A stretch of 64,000 bases of DNA from an uncultured Flavobacteriaceae bacterium (GTDB lineage Bacteria > Bacteroidota > Bacteroidia > Flavobacteriales > Flavobacteriaceae), in the NCBI GenBank assembly GCA_963972425.1, contig CAXAUF010000010.1, forward strand, positions 3,013-67,012. Direction: 5' to 3'. Made by a program: the position numbers and the translations under genes. Below are positions 1 to 8,701 of this stretch, one piece after another. How positions within the stretch are numbered: position 1 is the stretch's first letter; each line of letters starts with the position of its first letter. The notes beneath the pieces are model-generated. The model searched no databases, was not told where the DNA came from, and was given only the letters and a program-made list of their open reading frames with translations.

Positions 1-895
1 CTAATAATGAAAACGGCTTTATTATAAATGCACCTGCGAGTTCAATAATTGCTAATACTGGACGAATCCACCATGGAGCATCTGGCATCCACAACATGTG
101 CATCCAATAATCCTTATTACCACTTGCTGTATAAATTACTAGTGTAAAGATTGCTAAACACGCTGTTACTGCTAATTGACCGGTTACATTAAATCCAAAT
201 GGCGTTAAACCTAACAAGTTTAAAATCCAAATAAAGAAAAATACCGTTAATAAATAGCCTGTGAATTTACGGTAGTGCTTTTCGCCAATATTTGGTCTTG
301 CAATTTCGTCTCTTACGTATAATACTAGAGGCTCTAATACACGTCCAAAACCTGTTGGAACTTGTTTTGTTTTGTATTGTTTTGCCAATCCAGCAAACCA
401 GAAAAACATGAGTAAACCAATTAATAAAACACCAACCACACTTTTAGTTATTGAAAAATCTAAAACTTTGTGTGCATTTGTTGCGTGGTGTTCTTCATCA
501 AAAGCTACAACATCTGCTCCAGCTTCTAATTCGAATATTTTAGAGTGAATTTTCGCGAATCTTAATCCGTCTTTTTCAACAATTACATGACCATCATCAT
601 TATGATGAAACTCTGAAGACATGAATGTCACTAAACCATTACTTGTCCAAATAATTACAGGCAATGGAAAACCAACATGCTTGCGTTCACCTGAATCACT
701 AGTATAAGAGAATAAAGAAAAATCGTGAGAATCTTGAATGTGATGCAAAATATATGCTTCAACTTTTTCTTTTGTATCTATTTGACCTTCTTTGCCTTCC
801 CCTGTTTTAGTAGTGTTTTCAGCCACTGCAAAAGCACTTGCGAAAAGCAGGACTACTAATGTGTAAAATTTAAAAGTTTGTTTAGCTACCTTCAT
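1..895 (-). CDS. atpB: F0F1 ATP synthase subunit a, 5' portion (gene runs off the left edge)
   Basis: Not in the ORF track because there is no stop inside the window. My translation of the minus strand from ATG at 893-895 gives MKVAKQTFKFYTLVVLLFASAFAVAEN... then ...YLLTVFFFIWILNLLGLTPFGFNVTGQLAVTACLAIFTLVIY...PWWIRPVLAIIELAGAFIIKPFSLL. These hydrophobic helices are typical of subunit a. It lies downstream of an AtpZ-like gene. Confidence 0.8.
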   Translation of the reverse strand, partial: MKVAKQTFKFYTLVVLLFASAFAVAENTTKTGEGKEGQIDTKEKVEAYILHHIQDSHDFSLFSYTSDSGERKHVGFPLPVIIWTSNGLVTFMSSEFHHNDDGHVIVEKDGLRFAKIHSKIFELEAGADVVAFDEEHHATNAHKVLDFSITKSVVGVLLIGLLMFFWFAGLAKQYKTKQVPTGFGRVLEPLVLYVRDEIARPNIGEKHYRKFTGYLLTVFFFIWILNLLGLTPFGFNVTGQLAVTACLAIFTLVIYTASGNKDYWMHMLWMPDAPWWIRPVLAIIELAGAFIIKPFSLL

Positions 896-935
896 TGTTA
901 AAAAAATCAAAAAAACTGTGTTTTTAAATTCGGTG

Positions 936-943
936 CAAAACTA
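936..943 (-). promoter_or_regulatory. Candidate Bacteroidota -7 box (TAGTTTTG on minus strand) upstream of atpB
   Basis: Plus-strand caaaacta is the reverse complement of TAGTTTTG and matches the TAnnTTTG consensus. It lies about 41 nt upstream of the atpB ATG. Confidence 0.3.
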
Positions 944-984
944 CGGAAAATATTGAAAAAACAATTACTTTTTTTTAATATTAT

Positions 985-1383
985 TTAGTACTGTTTTTTA
1001 CTTATTATCCTAGATATAAAATAGACTTCTAAAAATAGAAAGAGGAATACTGGTATCAGCAAATTAAAGCTTTCGGTTTTGGTTAAACTTTCCATTTCAA
1101 AAATGCTATTCTTAAAGAATATAGCAAAGAGCAAAAGTTTAGTAATAAAGGTGAACAGATACACAAAACCTAATTGATGTGACCATTTATCTGTTGTGGC
1201 AAGTACAACAAAACCAATACAAATAAGTAAGGATATTATAAGGTGAAACAGGTAAATAGAAAATAAAGGGACTCTTAAATAAATATCCATAGTATCTAAA
1301 ATACGGGTATGGATACCATAAGAAATTGCGAATAAGATTAAAAAACTAATCACATATAAAACTATTTTTTTAATCACTGTCAT
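985..1383 (-). CDS. Small polytopic membrane protein of unknown function in the ATP synthase operon leader
   Basis: 132-aa ORF with about 4 hydrophobic helices (VLYVISFLILFAISYGI, IISLLICIGFVVLA, LLLFAIFF, LLIPVFLFLFLEVYFI). It sits between the AtpZ-like gene and atpB and overlaps the AtpZ-like gene by 14 nt. Confidence 0.55.
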   Translation of the reverse strand: MTVIKKIVLYVISFLILFAISYGIHTRILDTMDIYLRVPLFSIYLFHLIISLLICIGFVVLATTDKWSHQLGFVYLFTFITKLLLFAIFFKNSIFEMESLTKTESFNLLIPVFLFLFLEVYFISRIISKKQY

Positions 1384-1621
1384 TATTGTCTTTAGATATT
1401 TTTAAAACTTGACTTATTACTAAATACATGGATATAAAAACAGCCAGAAGTGTTATGCTATTTTCTAAATAGGTAGTTTGATATTTAGTATCCAACCATT
1501 TCCCTACTAAATTGCCTAACCAAATAGTACCACCCATTTGGAATGCGGTAGATGTAAATTGTATAAATTTACTAGGCGATTTTCCCTTGTTCTGCTTGTT
1601 TTGTGGTTTTTTCGCGCTCAC
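1370..1621 (-). CDS. AtpZ/AtpI-family small membrane protein (GTG start)
   Basis: 83 aa with a lysine-rich N-terminus, then FIQFTSTAFQMGGTIWLGNLVGKWLD and a second helix LLAVFISMYLVISQVL. This two-helix layout and operon position are typical of AtpZ/AtpI. The start codon at 1619-1621 is GTG. No ATG precedes the conserved AFQM segment. Confidence 0.6.
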   Translation of the reverse strand: MSAKKPQNKQNKGKSPSKFIQFTSTAFQMGGTIWLGNLVGKWLDTKYQTTYLENSITLLAVFISMYLVISQVLKISKDNNDSD

Positions 1622-2000
1622 TTATATGCATTTCTTTTATAGCACCTTTCATGGTGCAATTTACATTAAATGTCGCTCCAGGTTCAACGGCTAGTTTACC
1701 TAAAGAAACATCGCCTTCAATATGTGCTGTACTTTTTAAAGTTAATGTACCTGTAAGTGTTAATGTACCTGAAAATTTACCTTCAAAATACGCATCTGCT
1801 CCAGAAATGGTTCCTTTTACAAATCCAGATTTTCCAACAACAATTTTGCCAGGAGTTTTAATGCTTCCCTCAATGGTACCATCTATTCTAAAATCGCCTT
1901 CACTTTCTAAATCACCAACCATATTAGTCCCTTGGGCTATTAGGTTTTGATTAGACATTGTTTCTAGGTTTAATTTGTTCTTTTTGTTTTCGGAAAACAT
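1572..2000 (-). CDS. Bactofilin (polymer-forming cytoskeletal protein, DUF583 type)
   Basis: 142 aa with repetitive beta-helix-like G-x-I/V-x-G pattern (GDFRIDGTIEGSIKTPGKIVVGKSGFVKGTISGADAYFEGKFSGTLTLTGTLTLKSTAHIEGDV) and a charged C-terminal tail. Confidence 0.75.
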   Translation of the reverse strand: MFSENKKNKLNLETMSNQNLIAQGTNMVGDLESEGDFRIDGTIEGSIKTPGKIVVGKSGFVKGTISGADAYFEGKFSGTLTLTGTLTLKSTAHIEGDVSLGKLAVEPGATFNVNCTMKGAIKEMHISEREKTTKQAEQGKIA

Positions 2001-2018
2001 GGCTAATATTTTTTGGGG

Positions 2019-4571
2019 TTAATTTACTACTAGATATGCATCCATATTTTTATGGATTTGTAGGGTTGCATAATTGGTTGAGGAAATAGCAAAGTGTTGA
2101 TGTTGTATTTTGTCTTTTTTTCTTTCTTCTAATGCTGATGCATAACCTAAAGCGCCTTCTTTACTTGTTAGCCCATGAATAATTACATAGGTTGTTTCGG
2201 GATTATAAATATCTACTGAAACGGTTAAATCAAATACTTGAACTTGGTCTGTTTGTTTTTTAAGTTTGGTTACAAATTCAGAAATTGCTTTTTCATCAGT
2301 TGCATTAAAATAATAAACGACTTTATAATTTGTTTCGGCAGGATTATCAATAAACTCGGTACTGCTAATTTTTGGTAATAAATTATCTACAATATCCTGC
2401 GCTTGGGCTCCTTCTTCTGTGTTAGCATAGTTATAAGCTACAAAATTCATAGCTTTACTATAGGCTTCATAACCATATAAACGTCCTGTAGCTCTGGCTT
2501 TTAAAAGCTCAAATTTAGGCACCATAGCTTCACCTTCAAAAATAGAAATATACCGATCTGTTTCATCTATAACTTCTTGGTATTGCTGGCTTCCTAATGC
2601 TGCATATAATTTTTCATAAACACTTTCTGGACTACTATCATCCTTCTCTGATGCCGATTCTGGATTTTTTAGAATTGTAGCATAACGTGAATCTGGATAA
2701 TTAGTAATTATATCGTTTTTAGCTATTTCAGCCTCGCCATTCTGACCTTCCAACATATATATCTTATACAAGTTATATTTACTAGGAACTACTAATTTCT
2801 GATCTGGATTAAAGGTTAAAAGTGTCTGAAACTTATTTTTAGACAAGCCATACTCTTTAAATTTCTCTTTATAAATAAGTCCTAATTGATAATAAGCACG
2901 ATCACGCTCTTTAGTTATACTATCAATAACTTTATCATCGGTTGGTATTTGAGCTAAATAGAATTCGGGTTTGAATAATTCATTTTCTTGTTCATTTTCA
3001 ACTAAATCATTAAAAACTTCGTTGGTTTTAGATTTGTTAATACTAGACCAACGCCAATTATCTTTTAATTCACGATCTCCCCAAATTTTTAAAAATTCAT
3101 TTTTACCATAAGAAACCGTTGTGGGATTATAGAAATAAAATTCAGCTCCTACCGTTGGACCACCCGCTTGTTTTATTAATGAGTTTGATGAACCAAAATT
3201 TTTGTCATTTACCTGAATAAGTCCTTGATTACGTTCGCGTTCTTCTTCTAGTGCTTTTTTTGCTTCAAATTGTAACTTCAACTCTTGGGTATAAGTTTCA
3301 AAATAAGCGGTTCTATCGTCTGTGGACATAGCAACTAAACCTAAAATACTATCGTTTACAATAGCAATGTCTTCATAATAAATAACGTCTTCTAAATTAT
3401 CGCGTTTGCGTTTGATAATTCTGTACGGTTTACTATTCATTTTCATGTTTAGCATGGTACTATCATAATAGGCACCTGCTACTTTGTATTCGGTATAGTC
3501 GAAAAAAATATCGCCTAAATTTTCATAGTCTTTGGAGACTAATATTTTATCTGATGGATTGGTGCGAAGGGATTTATTATAAAATTCAACAGCTAATGAA
3601 TCCGATTCATTTTTTAAATGATACTCGGCTATTTGATAATAAATTTTACTTAAAAAAGGTCTGTTTTCACGATCGTCCTTGAGTTCATGAAGCAATTCTA
3701 TTAAGGCTTGTTTATCGCCTTCCGTAAAATCGAAATTTCGTGCTTTTCCAACATAAGCGGCAATCCTGTATGGCCTTGGTGTTTTTCTATTTAATTCTAT
3801 AACACGATCAAAAGCTATGTTAGCACTATCGGTTTTTTGGAGTCTATTATAAAGTTGCCCTTGAATAAAACGGTATCGACCACGTTCTTCATGACTTTTT
3901 GTACTTTGTGCAGCTATATCTAATTGCCAAACAGCACTATCTAAAGATTTAGTGTTAATATAAGCCTGCGCCAACATGGAAGTCGCATCAGCTAAATCCT
4001 GACCTTCCAATTCTACTTGGTACATGAGGCGTTTTAAATTGGTTATGGCTAAATCATCATTTTCTAAACGAATGTTGGTTTTTTCGCGCCAAATTCTAGC
4101 TTGATTAATTCTATCACTCGCTGGATATTTATAAAGAATGTAATTAAAGGCCTCCAAGGCAGGCACAAAACGCTGGTCAAAATAGCGCGCTTCTCCTAAC
4201 AGTAAATAAGCTTCATCTATTTGTGGATTTTTTTCTTTTCCGCCAATATTCATTCCATGCTTCTGAACGGCTTTAATAGCTTTTTCTTCTGCACGCTCAA
4301 AATCTTGGTTTCTGCTTTGACCAGGAAGCATAATTTCTTCTGAAATCTGCATGCGTTCTATAGGAAGGATTTCCCAAAAATTGTCATCGTAGGAATCATT
4401 TACACCTTTTCGCCCACTTTCTAAAGCTAAATAACCATTATAAAGGATATTATACTTGGTAGACATGGCATGCATGTTGCGACTCACAAAAGAATCTTTC
4501 TTACGTGAACAACTAGTAAATGCTAGCGCAATACTAAAGAGAAATATGATGATTCTAAAAGAGGTCTTCAA
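2019..4571 (-). CDS. sprE: TPR-repeat outer-membrane lipoprotein, probably the T9SS/gliding component SprE/PorW
   Basis: 850 aa with a TTG start and a lipoprotein signal (IIFLFSIALAFTSC). The body is a long helical-repeat region. The N-terminal FVSRNMHAMSTKYNILYNGY resembles the SprE/PorW N-terminus as I recall it. This needs a homology search. Confidence 0.5.
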   Translation of the reverse strand: MKTSFRIIIFLFSIALAFTSCSRKKDSFVSRNMHAMSTKYNILYNGYLALESGRKGVNDSYDDNFWEILPIERMQISEEIMLPGQSRNQDFERAEEKAIKAVQKHGMNIGGKEKNPQIDEAYLLLGEARYFDQRFVPALEAFNYILYKYPASDRINQARIWREKTNIRLENDDLAITNLKRLMYQVELEGQDLADATSMLAQAYINTKSLDSAVWQLDIAAQSTKSHEERGRYRFIQGQLYNRLQKTDSANIAFDRVIELNRKTPRPYRIAAYVGKARNFDFTEGDKQALIELLHELKDDRENRPFLSKIYYQIAEYHLKNESDSLAVEFYNKSLRTNPSDKILVSKDYENLGDIFFDYTEYKVAGAYYDSTMLNMKMNSKPYRIIKRKRDNLEDVIYYEDIAIVNDSILGLVAMSTDDRTAYFETYTQELKLQFEAKKALEEERERNQGLIQVNDKNFGSSNSLIKQAGGPTVGAEFYFYNPTTVSYGKNEFLKIWGDRELKDNWRWSSINKSKTNEVFNDLVENEQENELFKPEFYLAQIPTDDKVIDSITKERDRAYYQLGLIYKEKFKEYGLSKNKFQTLLTFNPDQKLVVPSKYNLYKIYMLEGQNGEAEIAKNDIITNYPDSRYATILKNPESASEKDDSSPESVYEKLYAALGSQQYQEVIDETDRYISIFEGEAMVPKFELLKARATGRLYGYEAYSKAMNFVAYNYANTEEGAQAQDIVDNLLPKISSTEFIDNPAETNYKVVYYFNATDEKAISEFVTKLKKQTDQVQVFDLTVSVDIYNPETTYVIIHGLTSKEGALGYASALEERKKDKIQHQHFAISSTNYATLQIHKNMDAYLVVN

Positions 4572-4675
4572 CGTTGGTCGTGTTTAATTATACATAACTA
4601 AAAACAGCTACATATATTATGTATTGCCGTAAAAATAAGCATCTTTTTGAATTATTATAAAAAAAGAGCAGACTT

Positions 4676-5383
4676 TTAAACAGTTTCTGTTCCAGCAAAG
4701 TGCGCTTCTAGTTCTTTTAAGGTAGCAGCACTGGTTCTTAAATCTTTTACAACTTCGCCTTTTTCTAGCACTACTATACGTTCACATACATCTGTAACGT
4801 GCATTAAATCGTGACTAGAAATTAAAACGGTAACGCCTTTTGTTTCGGCTAAATCTTTAATAATTCCTTTTAAACGAATCTGCGTAGTTGGATCTAAATT
4901 AGCAAAGGGTTCATCTAAAATAATGACTTCAGGATTTCCAATTAAAGCAGCAACAATACCTGCTTTTTTTTGATTTCCTTTACTTAAATCTCGTAAATAT
5001 TTTTTCTGATTTAATATTTCGCCATGGAAAAAATCTTCAAACTGTGAAATTAAGGCATCAACATCCGATTTATTCTGACCACGTAATTCGCCTATGAAAT
5101 AGAAATATTCTTCAGCAGTTAAATAGCCAATTAAGAAACTTTCATCAATAAAGGCTGATGTAAATGGTTTCCAATCTTCACTTTCATTTACCAAAACATC
5201 ATTGTTTTTAATGTAACCTGTAGTTGGTTGAATTAAATCTAATAACAAACTGAAATACGTAGTTTTTCCAGCACCATTATTTCCGACTAATCCAAAACTT
5301 TGACCTTTAGGAATGTCTAAAGATTCAATATGAAGAACCTGTGTGTCATTATATTTTTTGGAGAGATTTGATGTAATTATCAT
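4676..5383 (-). CDS. ABC transporter ATP-binding protein
   Basis: Walker A GNNGAGKTT, signature-like LSKGNQKK, Walker B VIILDEPFANLD and H-loop SSHD. Confidence 0.92.
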   Translation of the reverse strand: MIITSNLSKKYNDTQVLHIESLDIPKGQSFGLVGNNGAGKTTYFSLLLDLIQPTTGYIKNNDVLVNESEDWKPFTSAFIDESFLIGYLTAEEYFYFIGELRGQNKSDVDALISQFEDFFHGEILNQKKYLRDLSKGNQKKAGIVAALIGNPEVIILDEPFANLDPTTQIRLKGIIKDLAETKGVTVLISSHDLMHVTDVCERIVVLEKGEVVKDLRTSAATLKELEAHFAGTETV

Positions 5384-5407
5384 GAGTAATTGTAATTAAA
5401 TGATTGA

Positions 5408-6880
5408 TTATTTTTTTTCGCTAAAAGCAGCAATGGTTTTGTATTTTCCATCTTGGTACACATTTTCAATTTTTCTTAAAAAGAAATTTTTGAAAACAAT
5501 TCCTACAATACCACTTAAGGCTAAAACGATAATACCTGTTTCAAAATTAACCAGTTTGTAAGGTATATAAAACAAACCCATTGGGAGTAAAAATTTTGGT
5601 AAACCAATAAGTAGTTGTGTTGGATTAAAGCCATTGGTGTTACTAAAGGCTTTAGCTTTGGTATTTAACTCCACCGGAATCCTATTTAAAGCACCTCCAA
5701 AAAGTGTAAGAAATGAATTTAAACCAATATTAAACAAAGCACCTGCTGCTATCATGCCAAAAATATCCCAACCAAAATAAATATAAGGCGTACTTAAGAC
5801 AAATGAAATAGCTACTGCCACTACCATTAAATACCATTTTGATTCTAGGTATTTCCGGTAAGGAATATTCTGGCTCATTAATAGTTTGTAATATTCACTA
5901 TCCCATGATGGAACCAATTGCCCGAAGGTCATTAAAAATCCACCAGTAACAAACATAGATGCAAATGCCAAAATAGCTGGCATTTCCCGATACATATCTT
6001 GAGTGTAAAAAACAAGTCCATAAAACAAAAACATGAAAGACATGAACATGGTTTGTTTTGGTCTAGCATTTCGCCAAATTAATTTGATATCGTTCTTTAA
6101 AAATGGTGCAATGCTTCCAAATCTATCAAACCATGATAAATCGGTAGCTTCTACTGCTTTGACTTTTTTAGAAACAGCATCATCTAAATAAAATCCACTC
6201 TTAACATATTTGAAGTTTAATTTATACAAAACAACCAAAAGTAGTAATGGAATTACAGCTAAATACGGCTGACTATATAACGTGTTAAACGCAATACCCA
6301 TTGGCTCTGAAGCGGTATAAATACCATAAAATTCCAAAGCAACTAAACCTAATAATAGAGGTGCCGCAATATAAAATACCGTATTACTTTTATTAACTAG
6401 AAAATTTAAAAAGTTAATGGATAATGTTAGCAGTATGATAGATAAAAACCAACAGACTACATTTAATGGAGAATAACCTTCTACTAACAAAACGATACTA
6501 AATGGCAGAAATAAAAACAGGGATAAAAAGTTAAAAAATGACAGCGTAGTTTTACCTAATAAATAGTGTATTACCGTATCTTTTTTTACAGGAATAGTCA
6601 TTAAAGGCTTGACATTCATTACAGGTAATTGCTGCATGAAATAGCGAATAAGAAGTTCAAATAAAAACCAATAAATTAAAAAATTATTAATGGTTACAAT
6701 AGGGTCAACTTCAGGAATTGCTTTTCTAGCAATAAAAAACATGCCAACGCCCATAAATAGAGCAATACCGCCAAAATATAAAGCTCCTAAAATGAGAAAT
6801 ATTTTTATAGCAAGCCCTTTTTGAAAGTACGAAGCCCTTTTAAACTGTTTCCATTCGAGGCTTAAAAATTGTTTAATCAT
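5408..6880 (-). CDS. Polytopic membrane protein, putative permease partner of the ABC ATPase (possibly DUF5687 family)
   Basis: 490 aa with at least 10 hydrophobic segments. It lies 24 nt upstream of the ATPase gene on the same strand. The family name is from memory only. Confidence 0.55.
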   Translation of the reverse strand: MIKQFLSLEWKQFKRASYFQKGLAIKIFLILGALYFGGIALFMGVGMFFIARKAIPEVDPIVTINNFLIYWFLFELLIRYFMQQLPVMNVKPLMTIPVKKDTVIHYLLGKTTLSFFNFLSLFLFLPFSIVLLVEGYSPLNVVCWFLSIILLTLSINFLNFLVNKSNTVFYIAAPLLLGLVALEFYGIYTASEPMGIAFNTLYSQPYLAVIPLLLLVVLYKLNFKYVKSGFYLDDAVSKKVKAVEATDLSWFDRFGSIAPFLKNDIKLIWRNARPKQTMFMSFMFLFYGLVFYTQDMYREMPAILAFASMFVTGGFLMTFGQLVPSWDSEYYKLLMSQNIPYRKYLESKWYLMVVAVAISFVLSTPYIYFGWDIFGMIAAGALFNIGLNSFLTLFGGALNRIPVELNTKAKAFSNTNGFNPTQLLIGLPKFLLPMGLFYIPYKLVNFETGIIVLALSGIVGIVFKNFFLRKIENVYQDGKYKTIAAFSEKK

Positions 6881-6925
6881 TTTTTAGTGTTTGGTTAATT
6901 ATAAGTAGTCAAAAAACATAATTTG

Positions 6926-7609
6926 TTACAAGGCATATTCAGGATATGTTTCTTGAAGATGAAAAGTAGCATTTTTCGGCAAAATAACAGCAGAGATATA
7001 TGTGTAAATTAAAATAACCGTAAAAACACTTGCACATATTAGCGGCATAAACCCACTAAAACTGTCAGTAAGATTAATTAATTGAAACACTTGAGGTCCT
7101 AAAATTAGAGTTCCAATGGATGCATTGCCATAAATGATGTCTTCTAAAAGCCACAATTTTTCCTTTGCTTTCCGCTTTCTTTTTATTTCCCTATTTATGG
7201 ATATGGTTCTTATAAATAAAAACAAGCAAAGTATTAGATAGGAAACGATAAATACATAACTCCCAATTTCCGTAGAGAAAACCGTGTAAAGGATTCCAAA
7301 AATAGCAGTAGTTAAAATAATTTGTGGTAATCTGAACCAGTCTTTGACATAGTTCCAGAGTAGTTTCATATAAATTTTAGACATGGCTTTTTGGCGTTGC
7401 TCTACGACTTCCATAAACCCAAAAATGCCAAATTTTTTAAACGATGCATCGCGCGTTTCCTCAAAAGTACTATGCGGATTTTTAACCATGATAGCTTCAA
7501 TATCATTTGCCATATGATCTACGAGTTCGGTTTGCAAATCGTAATATTCTACAAAGTGCTTTCTGGTAAAGGCATATAAATTTTCAATATGTTCTTGGGT
7601 TAATGCCAT
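6926..7609 (-). CDS. Membrane protein, paralog B of a PadR-associated pair
   Basis: 227 aa. The N-terminal soluble segment MALTQEHIENLYAFTRKHFVEYYDLQTELVDHMANDIE parallels the N-terminus of the upstream ORF. It is followed by about 4 TM helices. Confidence 0.6.
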   Translation of the reverse strand: MALTQEHIENLYAFTRKHFVEYYDLQTELVDHMANDIEAIMVKNPHSTFEETRDASFKKFGIFGFMEVVEQRQKAMSKIYMKLLWNYVKDWFRLPQIILTTAIFGILYTVFSTEIGSYVFIVSYLILCLFLFIRTISINREIKRKRKAKEKLWLLEDIIYGNASIGTLILGPQVFQLINLTDSFSGFMPLICASVFTVILIYTYISAVILPKNATFHLQETYPEYAL

Positions 7610-7612
7610 ATT

Positions 7613-8263
7613 TTATAATGCATGTTTATATTTGGAAAAATAAAAGGATCGTAATTGAAATGTATTAATAACAATCAAAAGAAATATCCATAATATAACC
7701 GTCGTAAAAAACATGATAGCCAAACCTGGACTACTTTCTAGAGATTGACTCGAGTTGTAACTACTATAAACCATGTTAACTATATGAAAGAGAATAGCAA
7801 AATAAAATCCAATACGTTCTAACAGTGAAAAACGCTCTTTTTTAATTTTTGTGAAAACGAAATAGATACATCCAAAAAGAATTAATATGATCATTGGCGC
7901 ATATTTTAAAATGGTATGTGTTACATCTGGTTCTAAATAACTTCTAACCGTTAAAAGAAGGAAACCCAAGCCTAAAAGTGATACTATTCCAAAAACAGAT
8001 GTCGCCTTTTTAAACAATGCTTTTAAATTACTTTTATCTGCTATTTTATAATAGCCATCGCTTCTTTTTAATAAATGTCGCTTGTTTTCAACCATGTAAT
8101 CCTTGAATATAAAATAGAAATCACGACAATCGCCATCGTTAACTCGTGTTTCAATTTCAGAAGCCACATGATCCACCATTTCCAGACGAATATCCATAAA
8201 TACAACTCCCGATTTTTTTAGGTATGTTTCTATAAAATGAATATTTTCTGTGCTTAATGCCAT
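7613..8263 (-). CDS. Membrane protein, paralog A of a PadR-associated pair
   Basis: 216 aa. The N-terminus MALSTENIHFIETYLKKSGVVFMDIRLEMVDHVASEIE is followed by about 4 TM helices. It starts 3 nt after the padR stop. Confidence 0.6.
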   Translation of the reverse strand: MALSTENIHFIETYLKKSGVVFMDIRLEMVDHVASEIETRVNDGDCRDFYFIFKDYMVENKRHLLKRSDGYYKIADKSNLKALFKKATSVFGIVSLLGLGFLLLTVRSYLEPDVTHTILKYAPMIILILFGCIYFVFTKIKKERFSLLERIGFYFAILFHIVNMVYSSYNSSQSLESSPGLAIMFFTTVILWIFLLIVINTFQLRSFYFSKYKHAL

Positions 8264-8266
8264 AAA

Positions 8267-8611
8267 TTAATAACTCAATTTAGGGTTAATTAATGATTGA
8301 AGTGTGGCAATATATTGTTCCAATTCGCTTAATTTATGAACGGTTTCAGTCGTCCCTTTTTCGGTCAGTTTATAATATTTACGTAAACGGTTATCTACTT
8401 TTGCTACCTCAACATCCAGCAAACCTTCGGCTTCCAATTTATGAAGTGATGGATACAAAGCACCTTCGGTAATTTTTAATTCGCCTTTGGTGAGTGCTTT
8501 TACTTTCTGTGTAATTTCATAACCATACATTTTATCATGCTCACTTAAAAGCTTTAAAATGATGGTAGTTAAACTGCCTTTATATAAATTGGAATTCGCC
8601 ATACTATTCAA
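8267..8611 (-). CDS. PadR-family transcriptional regulator
   Basis: 114 aa winged-helix protein with YGYEITQKV...GALYPSLHKLEAEGLL, the PadR hallmark. Confidence 0.9.
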   Translation of the reverse strand: MNSMANSNLYKGSLTTIILKLLSEHDKMYGYEITQKVKALTKGELKITEGALYPSLHKLEAEGLLDVEVAKVDNRLRKYYKLTEKGTTETVHKLSELEQYIATLQSLINPKLSY

Positions 8612-8679
8612 ATATATACATAATTTTCTTATGCATGCAAATTTTTAAATAATTATAAGCTAAAAATCAATGGCTTCAC

Positions 8680-8687
8680 TATTTTTG
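8680..8687 (+). promoter_or_regulatory. Candidate -7 box TATTTTTG for the reductase gene
   Basis: Matches TAnnTTTG and ends 14 nt before the ATG at 8702. Confidence 0.35.
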
Positions 8688-8701
8688 TAAAAAATCAATA
8701 C

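Noticed and set aside
1512-1950. Plus-strand ORFs 1512-1694 and 1603-1950
   Set aside because: They are antisense shadows of the bactofilin and AtpZ-like genes. The minus-strand products have recognisable family features and these do not.
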